From Cyanidioschyzon merolae (taxonomy: Eukaryota), in assembly GCA_000091205.1 (NCBI GenBank), contig AP006491.2: a stretch of 64,000 nt of DNA. One strand, 5' to 3'. Both the position numbers and the translations under genes were made by a program. This document shows positions 53,216 to 64,000 of the stretch, one piece after another. Every line of letters begins with the position of its first letter. The stretch's first letter is position 1. The notes below the pieces were generated by a model. The model saw nothing but the letters and a program-made list of their open reading frames with translations, searched no databases and was not told the DNA's origin.

Positions 53216-53839
53216 ACTGAGCGCTGTCCTGCAGGTGCACACCGGCGCTGGTGATAGCCTTCTACTTGTGGTCGGTGTAGGTCTTCTTGTCGCCCGTTCG
53301 GAACAGTGTTGAAACTCATAAAAGGTGCACTGTGTTGGTGAGGCAAGTTACTGGGCAGCGCGACTCGGAAAGGTCCTTTGCGATGTGCCGTCTGCAGCTG
53401 CGGGGTGCCGGCTGACGAGAAGCGCTGCGCTCGCAGGATCGAGGCTGGCTACCTGGCCTTGTTTGCTGTTGACAGCTAGCCCTGCGGAACAGGCCTCTCG
53501 CGAGCGTGTGGGCGAGAGCTGTACCGGTGGTCGCGATACCGCGCTTGACAGTTCGAGGGCGCGTCTTGAGCGTGAGCGAGTGATCGAGTCAACGGGTCAA
53601 TCAGGGCACACACCGCTATTGTCTGCTGCGCGGGACGCCTATTGAGTTGCAGGGGTAACCCGGAGTCGAACGGCATCAGACAGTCGTCAACCTTTCCCCA
53701 GCAGCAGCGGGCGTGCGAGCAGCACCGTGTCCCGGCACTCTGTCGGATTCCTCGCTCGGGAGGCGTTCGAAACGCACGCACCGCGCTTTGCCCCTGAGCG
53801 GCGTTTCCGCGCACATCCACAGACGCAGCGTGAAGCGCA

Positions 53840-54877
53840 ATGGACGAACGCGACGTTCTTCGGGTAGGCGTCTGCGCAATGCCGAAGAAAGTCGAGTCTG
53901 AGCCGATGCAGCGGATCCTCGCTGCGCTCACCTCGAGCCGCGTTGCGCACTTCGAGCCGATGATCTTCGATGCGAAGACGCTGTTTGAGCGGCCGATCCA
54001 CGGGTGGCCTGTGTGCGATGCGTTAATTGCGTTCCACTCGGAGGGCTTCCCGCTGGAGCGTGCCATAGCGTACGCGGAACTACGGCGCCCGTACTGCTTG
54101 AACGGCCTGCGCGAGCAGCGGATGCTGCTGGACCGGTCCAAGGTGTACGAGGTGCTGGCACGTGAGCGGGTGCCAGTCCCGCGGCACATTGTTGTGCGCC
54201 ACGACGGAGCCGATGTTGGCCGGACGGATACGCGATTTGTCGAGCACGACGACTACATTGAGTACTGCGGAGAGCGGCTGTTCAAGCCGTTTGTGGAGAA
54301 GCCGATTGACGCGGAGGACCACCGCGTATGCATCTACTACGCACGGCCCTTGTACGGGCGCCGGCGGCTATTTCGGAAGACGGCGAATCAGAGCTCTGTG
54401 TTTGAGCCCGGGTGGCGCCGTGTCCGTCGCGAGGGCGCCTTCATATACGAGGAGTTTATCCCGAGCGAGCACCAGAGCGACATCAAGGTTTACGCTGTTG
54501 GGCCGGAGTACGCGTACGCGGAGCGGCGAAAGTCACCCGTGGTGGACGGTATCGTTGAGCGGAACGCGCACGGCAAGGAGCTGCGATTCCCTGTTGAACT
54601 GAGCACCGCGGAGCGCTGCGTGGCGGCGACGATCACGGCGGCTTTCCGGCAGTTTGTGTGCGGCTTTGATCTCATTCGGCACGCCGACGGCAATGCTTTC
54701 TATGTGAACGACGTGAATGGCTTCAGCTTTGTGAAGGGATCCCAGTCCTACTATGAGTCTTGCGGGCGTATTCTGGCGGAGCATCTAGCCCGCGAGTGTG
54801 CGCGAAGCGCTGCGGTGGATGGCGAGCGACCTCGCAGTGCCCAGCGCTGCAGCGCATCGGACGGGAGCACGCCCTAA
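53840..54877 (+). CDS. Diphosphoinositol-pentakisphosphate kinase (PPIP5K/Vip1-type) ATP-grasp kinase domain protein, 345 aa. There is no histidine-acid-phosphatase domain.
   Basis: RVGVCAMPKKVESEPMQRILAAL, WPVCDALIAFHSEGFPLERAIAYAELRRPYCLNGL, GERLFKPFVEKPIDAEDHRVCIYY, RLFRKTANQSSVFEP, YIYEEFIPSEHQSDIKVYAVGPEYAYAERRKSPVVDGIVERNAHGKELRFPV, CGFDLIRHADGNAFYVNDVNGFSFVKGSQSYYESC are collinear with the human/yeast PPIP5K kinase domain. Confidence 0.85.
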   Translation: MDERDVLRVGVCAMPKKVESEPMQRILAALTSSRVAHFEPMIFDAKTLFERPIHGWPVCDALIAFHSEGFPLERAIAYAELRRPYCLNGLREQRMLLDRSKVYEVLARERVPVPRHIVVRHDGADVGRTDTRFVEHDDYIEYCGERLFKPFVEKPIDAEDHRVCIYYARPLYGRRRLFRKTANQSSVFEPGWRRVRREGAFIYEEFIPSEHQSDIKVYAVGPEYAYAERRKSPVVDGIVERNAHGKELRFPVELSTAERCVAATITAAFRQFVCGFDLIRHADGNAFYVNDVNGFSFVKGSQSYYESCGRILAEHLARECARSAAVDGERPRSAQRCSASDGSTP

Positions 54878-56210
54878 CGGCGTGTAAGTTCGGGTTGGAT
54901 GGAGTACGCGCTGCATCCGGCAGACAAGAATCCTGTAAAGGAACATGTTTATGGGAGCGTAACTCGGAGCCCGTTGCGCTGAAATGCCGCTAGCATCACT
55001 CGGGATTCATTGATACCTAATGCGGGATATCGTGCAAACGCCTTTCGCGGCAGACGAGAGTACGCATGAGCACTGGGTAAATGGATCATAGAATCGGAGA
55101 GACCGCCTTGTGCCGTCGTGTGTTCAAGAGATCGCCGTCTGGTTTCCTGTAGCCAACGGCAATTGCAGCTGATGCGCCCGCCGCTGATGTATGGCACGAA
55201 CATCGTCGCATAGGCGCTCGGCGAAAATAACTGCTTACTGTTTTCCGATTTAGTCGCCAGTTCCGCGCACTTTGCTGAGCAAAAAAACGTTCAGCAATGC
55301 GTCGGCGATTCCAGCACCTCCTCAAATGTAAAAGCGAAGCGCTTGCGCACATAAAAGCATCGATGATGTGTTCCACGTATGCGATAGATGGGCCTTACGC
55401 ATACCAAGCGGCGTCAAAGCAAGGATCGTTCGCGTTTACGACTAAACACAGTGGTAAAGTGTCGTAGCCATGAGGCGCAGCTGTCGCCTCCGTGCGCATT
55501 CGTTCCCGCAACGCAACGATGGCGACAGCACACCTACGATAGCAATGCAGGTCTCCATTATCACAGCGCATGGGCTTGTGCAAACTTCACGCCTGCCCCA
55601 TGCCGACCTCAGATAGCGCCTGTCTCCTAAGCAGAGCGCTCCACCGAAGCAGCGCACGCTGAACAACACAACAAAGTAGCAGCAACCAGTTCGCGCCTCA
55701 GATACAGTGCCTACCCTACTTTGGCGATATCAACGCAAACGAAGATGCCTGCGCGCGCAAATGCACGGACACACGCACACGGATGCGCCGCAACGTGTGC
55801 CCTCACGCGTGCGCATTGCCGTGCAGCGATGGTGCGTGTCCGATGAGCGCGTGAACGCCGCACGATCCGCGATTCGAATCTACCGGAATGACGTGCACGC
55901 AGCGGTGCGCATGCGTGCCGGCTCGATGCGCCTTATTTCTTGGTGATTCGCGAGCGCCCTCGTTCGAGCAGTCGGCACGATGCTCGCCCAGCTGCACGCC
56001 GATCACTCAAACGAACAGCCAGCGGGGGTTCTGCGCGCGCGCTGCGGCTGCGGCCCCCGAGCGCCATCTCCGAGGCGCAAAGCGCGGCGATCGCTGCATG
56101 CCCGTCCGAGCACCGTGCCGTGTCACGCACATGCGGCGACTGCTGCGCCAACGACATTCAAGAAGCGACTGGAGCAACTGTTCCAGCAGCAGCAGTAGTT
56201 GCAATGCCTA

Positions 56211-56966
56211 TCACTTGTTGCACGCAAAGGTCATATCCGCCTCGACGGCAAGTTCGCCATCGACGTAGCCTCGCCCGCGGCACTTAGCGATGCCAAAGCG
56301 CTTGCGTAGCGCCATCACCTGGCACTCCATCACGAGCACGTCACCCGGACGCACCGGCCGCCGCCAGCGCAGATTCTCCACCGAGGCAAACAGAAACAGC
56401 CTCCCAGGCTCGCTGTCTGGACCGCTCAACAGCATAAGGCCGCAGCACTGCGCGAGCGCCTCGAGCTGCAGCACACCAGGCATAATCTTGGCAGACGGGA
56501 AGTGGCCCTCGAAGAACTGCTCGTTGTACGTGACGTTCTTCACCGCCACGATCCGCTGCTCGGCCGCACACTCCAAAACCTTGTCCACCAGTAGAAACGG
56601 GTAGCGGTGCGGGAGCACGCGCTCAATGGCCTCGGCGTCCAGCACCGCTGCAGGCAGCGCAGAGCGCCGCGACAGCTCCGCTACGTCCGTGGGCGTCGAC
56701 GGCGCCGGCACTGCACTCGTCGCGCTGGGCGCTCCGCCGTTCGCAGCCACCTGCTCGGCGCTGGCGCGTGGCCCGCACCACCGCCGCTGGCGCGGCTGTG
56801 TGCGTACACCGCAGTCAGCCTGGGCAGCGCTCGTCCTCTGGCACGGTCGCAGCAGCAGCAGCGGCGGCGGCTGCAGCCTCGCAGTGGGGCCGAGGCAGAC
56901 CTCTCGGCAGTTGCGCCTACGAGCGAGCAATACGCTGTCTGCTCGTCCAGTTGAACAGAGAAACAT
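56211..56966 (-). CDS. fabZ: 3-hydroxyacyl-ACP dehydratase FabZ (type II FAS) with a ~110-aa N-terminal presequence.
   Basis: HRYPFLLVDKVLECAAEQRIVAVKNVTYNEQFFEGHFPSAKIMPGVLQLEALAQ...GDVLVMECQV is the FabZ hot-dog fold signature. The N-terminus is R/S/A/P-rich. Confidence 0.85.
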   Translation of the reverse strand: MFLCSTGRADSVLLARRRNCREVCLGPTARLQPPPLLLLRPCQRTSAAQADCGVRTQPRQRRWCGPRASAEQVAANGGAPSATSAVPAPSTPTDVAELSRRSALPAAVLDAEAIERVLPHRYPFLLVDKVLECAAEQRIVAVKNVTYNEQFFEGHFPSAKIMPGVLQLEALAQCCGLMLLSGPDSEPGRLFLFASVENLRWRRPVRPGDVLVMECQVMALRKRFGIAKCRGRGYVDGELAVEADMTFACNK

Positions 56967-57116
56967 GTACGAGGCCTATGTTGGAGCAACACACTGTATA
57001 ATCGAGGGTGTTGCGCACAAGCCTAGCGGCGCTCAAATACTGAATACGTGTGCATACCCAAAATCGCAGGCGATAAGTGTCGGTCGATGCGCGTCACGCA
57101 ATACGCGTCATGCGAT

Positions 57117-57265
57117 CTGCGCAGTGCGATGTGCGTAGGTCGATACGCATAGTGCGATGCGTGTAGTGCGATGCGTGTAGGTCGTTACGCGCAGTGCGAT
57201 GCGTGTAGTGCGATGCGTGTAGGTCGATACGCGCAGTGCGATGCGTGTAGTGCGATGCGCTCATG
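57117..57265. repeat. Minisatellite: a ~42-bp higher-order unit (x~3.7) built from ~14-bp subunits agtgcgatgcgtgt.
   Basis: gcgcagtgcgatgcgtgtagtgcgatgcgtgtaggtcgatac is repeated head to tail. It translates as the repeated HYTHRTARIDLHAS peptide in the artefactual ORF 57094..58059(-). Confidence 0.9.
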
Positions 57266-60200
57266 CAGCCTCGACAGCAGAGGCGCTGAACACTGGCAGC
57301 GGTGCTGATACTAGCCTTCGCAATCAACTGCATACCAATGCTGGTCATCAGGAACGATGCGCTGGCTGCTCGCAGCGTCAAGTGCTCCTGGCCGGCACCG
57401 AGCTGCTGGCGAGCATCCGTGCGCGCGCGCAGTCGACCGCCGCGACGCCACCGAGGCCTGCCAGTGTCCAAGTTCCAGACGCGCCGCTCAGGCGACCGCG
57501 GCCTCCTGCAACGTCCGAACCTCCCCTGGGGGCACAGATACGGGACCCCGCGGCACACGCGCCTCGCCGGAAGGCAGGTCCATAGGAGCGCCCACCGCGC
57601 CACCTCTGGTGACGGATACCGCTCCAGGTACAGGAGGCAATGGGGTTGCGGCACGCGTAGCAGCGCAGCGGATCCATTTTTAGGCTCGTGCTTGTGAATG
57701 CGCTCCCGAGACGCCGACGAGTGCCTCTGAACTGCATGCAGTCGATGTGCTTGCGCGCTCCCGACCTGCTCCCGAGTCGACAGCAACGCCAATCCTCTGG
57801 CTGGAAAGCAGCGCACTCGGGGCGAGGTATTCCAGCGGCAGAAGTGTGTGCCTGCATAGCGCCGTTGCTGCAGGCGCGACACCGCTGCGCCGAATCGCCC
57901 ACTGTGCTGATGCCGGTCCCGCTGCAGTCCTGCGCTTCGGAAAAGGCGCCCAGCCTCATCTTTGATGCCGTTCCTCATGAGCGAGTGCGACCAGAGATAG
58001 CACTGCACGTCACCGCAAGAAACATCACTGCATTGGCCTGCTGCACGAAAATCAGCCAAAATCGCGCACAGTCCGCGTCGCTACACCATTTGCGGACTCC
58101 ACGCGTGCCTTGGGTTCTGGAAATGTGCATGCTACGCGCCGAGGCATCCAGGTCAGCGCTGGCAAAGGCCTGCGAACCAACCGACAGCCGGTGCTACAAA
58201 CGTGGGCGCAGGTCGCTCATGGGCATGCGCTCGCGTTCGTGACGCTTCTCCAGTCGGTGTCGCGCGCTGCTCGTCATCGCGCACACGTTCTCGCGTAACC
58301 GCTGGAGGCGTGGATCGCAGCTCGCCATCACCGTAGTCGACAGCGAACAGCTCCCGCTCCACGAGTGTCGCCCGCCAGGGCATCGGCGCATTCATACGAT
58401 CGCAAAGCGCCGCGAACCCGCACAGCCATGTCAAAGAAACGGATCGCCTCCACTTGCCGAACTCGGGCGTGCAAATTAAGGTTTAGGTCTCTGCCCAGTG
58501 TCACGAACAGCAGCTTCTGCAGGCTTTCTCTGCGACTGCCTCCTTTTCCCATTTCTTTTCCGGATTCACATACGCCAATATCTCCGTTGCTTGTAACTCC
58601 GTTTACGCTGTCGAAGGATGTTGATGGCAGCGTTCAAGCTCGATTTCGACGCTCCGGATTGTTCTTGACGCATTTCGTGTACAGGCAGAAGTTGCGAACG
58701 ACAGCCGGCTTTGCCATTTTCATCTTCCTTGCATACATACTCGATGCCCTTGGACGCAGCGGTGTATCTTGACTGTGGCCAGATGGTCGCGAAGGTACCC
58801 CAAACTTCGCATTCCGGGTGCTGCTGTGTATCGGCGAAGCGATCGCTGCGTCGCTCGGGAAATGCCGGTGACAGGCAGAGAAAGCTTTCACCGATGCCGA
58901 CCGCGTTTCAGCTGCCGCTGTCGTATGCGGCGATCACGTCTTTCTGCTGCATGATTCTTTTGAAGAGCTATCTGTCTGCTGCATACGCAAGCGCAAACTG
59001 TTCCATATGATGGACAATCTGTGGAAGCTGATTTTGTCCATGACGAAGTAACCATCAGAAGGATACCTCAGACCGGAGTACAAATCGATAAATCTTGATC
59101 CGTCTACGTTCTCTTCGTTCAGCGCTACGACGCACTCTGCACTGGAAGCGATCGCTGCGGTGACTGGTCTCCAAGTCCAATAGTCTTTTCTACTGTGAGC
59201 AGAACAGACGGGAGCCCTGTGGCAGCATGCACCGCGACGAGTATGAAACTGTTCGTGAATGCCGTTTCTTTGATGACCATAGAGAGGGGCGGATTTCTCC
59301 TTCGAACCAAGTCGATACTTTTTCTTGATAAGTGCTCTGTACTTTCGACATGTTGTTATGAACAAGTCGTCAGGGGCCCAAGTCCTATAGTTTACGTCGT
59401 TCATCCAGCGCCGCGAATCGCTGCGCGCATGAGTTGCATGGAAACAGAAAGATCGAACAGTTGAAGAACGCGTGACTTGAGCGTATTGCGCTTGAGGAAA
59501 ACAGAAGAATAGAGGCTTGTATTTATGAATCGAATAATGATTTAGGTCATTTTTACCAATCCTCATTCGATGTTTTCCTGAATCATCTTGTTCCCGATGA
59601 CGTTCCAAATTCCAACCGCCAAGTGTCAAAAGAGTCACCCCGAGAACACGACCGGGAATCCCTAAACGAAATATGAATCCATAAGCCCATATTGCTGCAC
59701 TTTCATGTCAAGGCTATCCCTGGAGAGCATGCTCGGAACAAAAAATCTCGTGGTACGAACAGAGCGATCAGTGCTGTGCCACTTTAATCTCATATGCGCT
59801 GATAGACTTTCACATGCATTGCGTTCCACACCCAGGGGAATGGCATCAAATGCTTCTTCACGGTTGATAGTGGATGCGTTCGAAGTGCGCTCAGTTGAGG
59901 AAACAAAAATTCAAGGGAAACTTATGGACATGAAAGTCGGGGATCCTGGAGCCCGATCATCGCCGAGCGCCGACTAAAAACGAGAAAACCCTCTCCTCGC
60001 CGATCGTCGAGTGAAAAAGGGCAAGCGACAAAGAAGAAGAGAAGGAGAGCTTGACGAGAAAAGTGCTTTGCCCGAGGAGACAATGACGAGAATGCAGTGG
60101 CCATGAGGGCACCAGCTTGAGGACGCCTTGCACTGGTGAGTTCAAACAGCGACAATGAACGCAAGGAGTTCGTGAACCGAGACTTCACCGCCGCTATCTA

Positions 60201-60556
60201 TCTCAGAAGATGTGTGGAGCTGACCACGAGACCCGAGGAGCTGACGCCATCCAACTTCCTGGGTTACACTCTAATGCCCGCAGCGCACAAGGAAAAGCTG
60301 AAACCGTTCGCAGCGGGCCAGTCAAACAAGTCTAGGAGGCGTCCGTGATTACATATGTATGTAATCACCATGGTCGTGGAGATTTTTTCGTTTTACTGAT
60401 CACCCGTACCCGCCCGCGCCTTGCGGAGCTCTCGCCCAAATCGCTGTCGTTTGCGCTGTGGTCCACGTACCGACGGTTCCAAGAACTGTCGCTCTACGGA
60501 GCGGGCGTTTTCGCGCTCCCTGGCACAGTGAATACGCTTCTTTGTTGAGAAGGCTG

Positions 60557-61138
60557 ATGGAGCGGCACCTGGGTCGCTCGCAACCGTGCTGGGTTCCAGC
60601 ACCTGGATATCTCCTGCGCTGGCACGCGCAGTTCGGCAGTTTCCAGTCTACTGTACGCCAACGAACCGCTATCGTTCCGACAAAACGTCTGCAGCGGCAG
60701 TTTCTCATGCTGCACGAGTTCCTACCGAGCACCGTCGGCACGTCGTCACGCGCCACAGGCGAAGCGAAAGGAGCTGCGTTCGACTGGTTGAACGCAGCGA
60801 TGCAGGCTCAGGAGGCATGCCACGTGTTCGCCGAGTCACCGACGATTTGCCGCTACATGAACGAAAACCGCCAGGATCACCTGATATCTTACTTACGTCG
60901 CTTTGGCTCGGGGGATCTCGCAGCAAGCCTTGATGAACTGGAGCGCGTTGAAATGACCCAGGTCGACGAATACGGGTTTGAGCTTGACCTGATCATGTGC
61001 AGTCAAGCCCGCAACAATTGTGTGTGCGTTCACGAGCGCCTCTCGTGGCCAGATGGGGGTCACTGCGACACCGTTGAGCAGTGTGTCGAGAAGCTGTCGG
61101 ACATGTCTCAGAGGTGCGGTCTTGGTGAGCTGAAGTGA
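60557..61138 (+). CDS. Hypothetical protein. The start is uncertain; the ORF is open from 60458.
   Basis: A 226-codon ORF with non-repetitive sequence. No recognisable domain. Confidence 0.3.
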   Translation: MERHLGRSQPCWVPAPGYLLRWHAQFGSFQSTVRQRTAIVPTKRLQRQFLMLHEFLPSTVGTSSRATGEAKGAAFDWLNAAMQAQEACHVFAESPTICRYMNENRQDHLISYLRRFGSGDLAASLDELERVEMTQVDEYGFELDLIMCSQARNNCVCVHERLSWPDGGHCDTVEQCVEKLSDMSQRCGLGELK

Positions 61139-61556
61139 AGCAGAGCTTGGCTCAGGGCCTGGTGAACGCCCAGCACCACATTCGGTTAATGACGAGCGCA
61201 TCCTAGTGACATCGGTTGCCGTTCCGTGCACATCGCAGTGAACTCCATCCTGCACCATTGCAGTCGCAACGGCAGCATGCGTCTACAGGGGCGTTGGGCA
61301 GCGCTGGGCCTCTACTCGGTACAGGGGTATTCTATCACGGGCATTTAGACGCTTGGGAAGTTTAAAGCGTTTCACACGAGTTTTTTTTCAGGACGTAACA
61401 TTTTCGTCTGCATATGCGGGATAACGCCGACAAGCGGGGTTCTTGTGTGCAGGCGCGAGCTACGCGCAAGAAAACTTCCAGGGCGCTGGCGCGAGTAGCG
61501 CATTACGAGGTACGCTCGCCGTTCTGCTCCCGTTGAACGGAACGTGCCGTTGTCAT

Positions 61557-62195
61557 ATGTGGGTTCCAGCTGCGGTTCCAGGCAGGACTCGGAGGCTAAT
61601 GCCGGCTGGCAACAGCACCACAACCACTACCGCCAACAACAACAACAACAACAATACCAACAGAAACAACCGGGTTCGGCTCAGCGCGCGGAGCAACGAG
61701 GAGCAGGGTGCGGGCTTTCGGCCTGCTGAACGCGGGCGGCAGCGCTGGCGACGACCTCGCCTCAGCTGGGAGCAGCTCGAGTCGGAGGCACGCACAAACC
61801 CGTCGGAGTTTCGCGTTGGAACGGTCAAGTTCATCAAACCATATGGCTTTTTAGTGGACATAGGCGCAGAGCGGCTCGGTCTCGTACCGCTTCGCGAGGT
61901 TGCGGACCACTTTGTGCGCGACCTGTCCGCGGAGGCCGCTCCCGGGGACCGCGTGCTTGTTCGCATTCTCAGCGTCGATCGAGATCGGGGCCGCATTGCG
62001 CTCAGCATGCGTGACCCGTCGCGTACCAGAGAGCGCCGACCGACTCCAGCGGAAAAGTACGCAAGCGCACTGCGAACCTTGGGCGAGTGGGGTACACCAG
62101 CCTGGGCAACAGAACCCGTACCTTGTGCGGGGCTGGTAGAGGCGCAACGTCCACTCGACCAGGGTGCAAGTCCTCGGGATACCATGGAGTCGTGA
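61557..62195 (+). CDS. S1-domain RNA-binding protein with a poly-Asn/low-complexity N-terminus. The start is uncertain; the ORF is open from 61443.
   Basis: EFRVGTVKFIKPYGFLVDIGAERLGLVPLREVADHFVRDLSAEAAPGDRVLVRILSVDRDRGRIALSMRD is a canonical S1 domain. Confidence 0.6.
   Translation: MWVPAAVPGRTRRLMPAGNSTTTTTANNNNNNNTNRNNRVRLSARSNEEQGAGFRPAERGRQRWRRPRLSWEQLESEARTNPSEFRVGTVKFIKPYGFLVDIGAERLGLVPLREVADHFVRDLSAEAAPGDRVLVRILSVDRDRGRIALSMRDPSRTRERRPTPAEKYASALRTLGEWGTPAWATEPVPCAGLVEAQRPLDQGASPRDTMES
61634..61655. repeat. (CAA)n trinucleotide repeat, encoding poly-Asn.
   Basis: caacaacaacaacaacaacaata. Confidence 0.85.
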
Positions 62196-62201
62196 TGGGC
62201 T

Positions 62202-64000
62202 TTACTCGTCTGCCTTCCGTGTACGGGATGTGCGTTTGCGAAGCGTGCCGCTGCCAGCGCCCGATGAGGAAACGTCGGCATCGTCGTCCGCGTCCGCATC
62301 CATGACCTCTTCCGAGCCCTTCCCGGGCGCACTTTCTTTCTGCGATGTTGATGCTGGGCGAGTCGCGTTGTCGTTTGATGTTGACCGAGAGGTAGCGGCA
62401 CCAGCTGCTTGGTCGTCTTCCTCGGTTTCATCGCGCTTCTTGCGATGCGCAGCGGAAGCACGGCTCGACAGGCGCTTCCTCCCCAGGGCATTACTAACCA
62501 CTAGCATGATGCTCACAATCACCGGTGGTATGAGTGCAGCCAAGATCATCGGCTGCCGCTGGAAGAGTTCGATCATTCTATGGACCGGCTCTTGGACGCC
62601 GGCGCGCGCCAGGAACTGGTCGATGACGTCCACTAACGACTCGATCTTGCCGAGCACCACCTCAACACCGTCGAGGAGTTTCATGCGCAGCGGCCCGAGC
62701 TCGTTTCGATCATCCGTTGCCTTTGGCTTGCGCGATTCCTCACGCTCCTTTTCCACTTTGACCTTCTTTGCCCAGGTCTGAACAGCGAATTCGTCAGCAA
62801 CCTGCGCGGCCTCTGAACCCGACAGGAAAAGGATGTTATCAAACGCGATGCCCTGATCCATCGTCCAAATTTCGATACCCACCGCTGTCACAGGCTGCAG
62901 CTGAATTTTCTCAACCCGGTAATACTCTGGATTTGGGATTTTCCGTGGTTGCCATTGCCCCTTGTAGGCGGGATTCGGTATCAGCGGCGCCTTCCATTTG
63001 CCGCGATACGACGGATTGGGGATCATCGGTGGCTTCCAGGCACCGCATCCGGGCGCGGTTGCGCATTTTGGATTGGGGATCATCGGTGGCTTCCATTCAC
63101 CGTCCTCTTCATCGTTCCAGGCTGCAGGCTTCACCGCGTCCGGATCGGGTATGAGTTTCGGCTCATCGTCAAGCCACCCAGGTGGTTTCGTGACATTCGG
63201 ATCCGGAATCTCGCGGGGAGCGTTCTCGTCCCAGTCGGCCGGTTTGGTAGCCGCCGGGTCGGGTATCATCTTTTCATCCACCCAGTCTGAAGGCTTCTTG
63301 TCTTCCGGATCATCGATCTCTTTGGGCGGCTCGATGGGTGGATCAAAATCTTCCCGCAACGACCCGCTGCGTTTCAGCTCCTTGTCCACGAAAACTTTGT
63401 AGATCTCTGAAGTCGGATCGACAACCAGTGTGTACAGGTGCGTGTTTCCTGTAGTGTACGGCATCGTTGGCGGACTACGCAAATGATGCTCGACGCTTTT
63501 GCCGGACTTCGGATTCACCGTCTTGATAATAAAGTGGACCTTGTTCGTTTCACCGCACTTGTCCGGACCGAACATGATAGAATACGGAGAGGTGTTATCG
63601 AGCTTTTCGAGTGGAATCTCTGTACCGAAGGGCTGCGTCAGGAGCTTGAGGTACGCTCCGCCGCAGGTGTGGCCATCCTCGTGCCGCACCTCGTACTGAA
63701 CAACAAAGGGTTTGCTACTCAGGTCAACATTCTGCGTTTTTCGCGCGATCCCGTACCTATGGGCTTTTCGGGTTACGAGCAGCGCTTTGTCACCGGCAAG
63801 CGGCGCGTTCTTTCCTCCGCCAACCGCCCAAACGCCAGTAAACTCCGATGACGTAGATCGCACCCAGCGTTCGAAAACGGATGCCTCGTCGTCCTGGAAC
63901 GATTCGGCGATGTGCACGACAAGTTTCTCCTCATCAAAAGTCTGTGGCAACTGACACGCATAACTGCCTCCTCTTGCCGCGGGATCGACAGTGGCGCTTG
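62202..64000 (-). CDS. Calnexin, 5'-partial. The N-terminus and signal peptide lie beyond the right window edge. Transmembrane plus acidic cytosolic tail.
   Basis: Globular lectin domain (CGGAYLKLL, YSIMFGPDKCG). P-domain proline-rich repeats PDPDAVKPAAWNDEEDGEWKPPMIPNPKC...PSYRGKWKAPLIPNPAYKGQWQPRKIPNPEY. TM helix MILAALIPPVIVSIMLVV and acidic tail. The reading frame is open to position 64000 with no in-frame ATG. Confidence 0.85.
   Translation of the reverse strand, partial: SATVDPAARGGSYACQLPQTFDEEKLVVHIAESFQDDEASVFERWVRSTSSEFTGVWAVGGGKNAPLAGDKALLVTRKAHRYGIARKTQNVDLSSKPFVVQYEVRHEDGHTCGGAYLKLLTQPFGTEIPLEKLDNTSPYSIMFGPDKCGETNKVHFIIKTVNPKSGKSVEHHLRSPPTMPYTTGNTHLYTLVVDPTSEIYKVFVDKELKRSGSLREDFDPPIEPPKEIDDPEDKKPSDWVDEKMIPDPAATKPADWDENAPREIPDPNVTKPPGWLDDEPKLIPDPDAVKPAAWNDEEDGEWKPPMIPNPKCATAPGCGAWKPPMIPNPSYRGKWKAPLIPNPAYKGQWQPRKIPNPEYYRVEKIQLQPVTAVGIEIWTMDQGIAFDNILFLSGSEAAQVADEFAVQTWAKKVKVEKEREESRKPKATDDRNELGPLRMKLLDGVEVVLGKIESLVDVIDQFLARAGVQEPVHRMIELFQRQPMILAALIPPVIVSIMLVVSNALGRKRLSSRASAAHRKKRDETEEDDQAAGAATSRSTSNDNATRPASTSQKESAPGKGSEEVMDADADDDADVSSSGAGSGTLRKRTSRTRKADE

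Noticed and set aside
52315-53346. A 343-aa minus-strand ORF.
   Set aside because: It contains the translated 63-bp tandem repeat (SIADGGVASRARSATL x3) and low-complexity sequence. No homology. Likely non-coding.
57094-58059. A 321-aa minus-strand ORF.
   Set aside because: Its repeated HYTHRTARIDLHAS motif is the minisatellite translated. No other protein-like features.
60343-60364. A perfect 10-bp inverted repeat with a 2-bp spacer: tgattacata tg tatgtaatca.
   Set aside because: It is short and isolated. It could be a chance palindrome in an AT-richer segment. There is no supporting context for a regulatory or terminator call.
1-64000. A kinetoplastid origin, considered because of the GC-rich, intron-less long ORFs and the SBPase.
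   Set aside because: Genes alternate strands individually rather than forming polycistronic same-strand clusters. A canonical TAF5 with an NTD2 domain and plastid-type presequences fit an algal-type genome better. The host remains an inference only.
1-64000. tRNA, rRNA, snRNA genes and CRISPR arrays.
   Set aside because: Scanning for T-loop-like GGTTCGANTCC contexts and for conserved U2/U6 cores found nothing convincing. No rDNA-like segments. CRISPR is not expected in a eukaryotic nuclear segment, and no regular repeat-spacer array is present.

Overview
This is a GC-rich (~58-60%), gene-dense, apparently intron-less eukaryotic nuclear segment, with about one gene per 3 kb and genes alternating between strands. 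Most long ORFs have clear eukaryotic homologs. These include cohesin SMC1, condensin-II kleisin NCAPH2, a TAF5-like WD40 protein, a HECT E3 ligase, an RHD3/Sey1-like GTPase, a SNAP25-like SNARE, a cyclin, a GPN-loop GTPase, RPS15a, RPL24, UMP-CMP kinase, a PPIP5K/Vip1-type kinase domain and calnexin. Plastid-type sedoheptulose/fructose bisphosphatase and FabZ carry long N-terminal presequences, which suggests an algal or other plastid-bearing host; this is an inference. The first ~8 kb is an accessory, transposon-derived locus. A TnpB/Fanzor-like RuvC-nuclease gene (5739..7913) has a second, truncated head-to-head copy at the left window edge. The two copies form ~1.2 kb inverted repeats flanking a degenerate non-LTR retrotransposon, whose reverse transcriptase runs on the minus strand. 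Simple repeats, two tandem-repeat arrays and a few AT-rich intergenic islands make up the rest. The ORF-track start codons include alternative starts (TTG/CTG/GTG), so I reassigned several CDS starts to the first plausible ATG.
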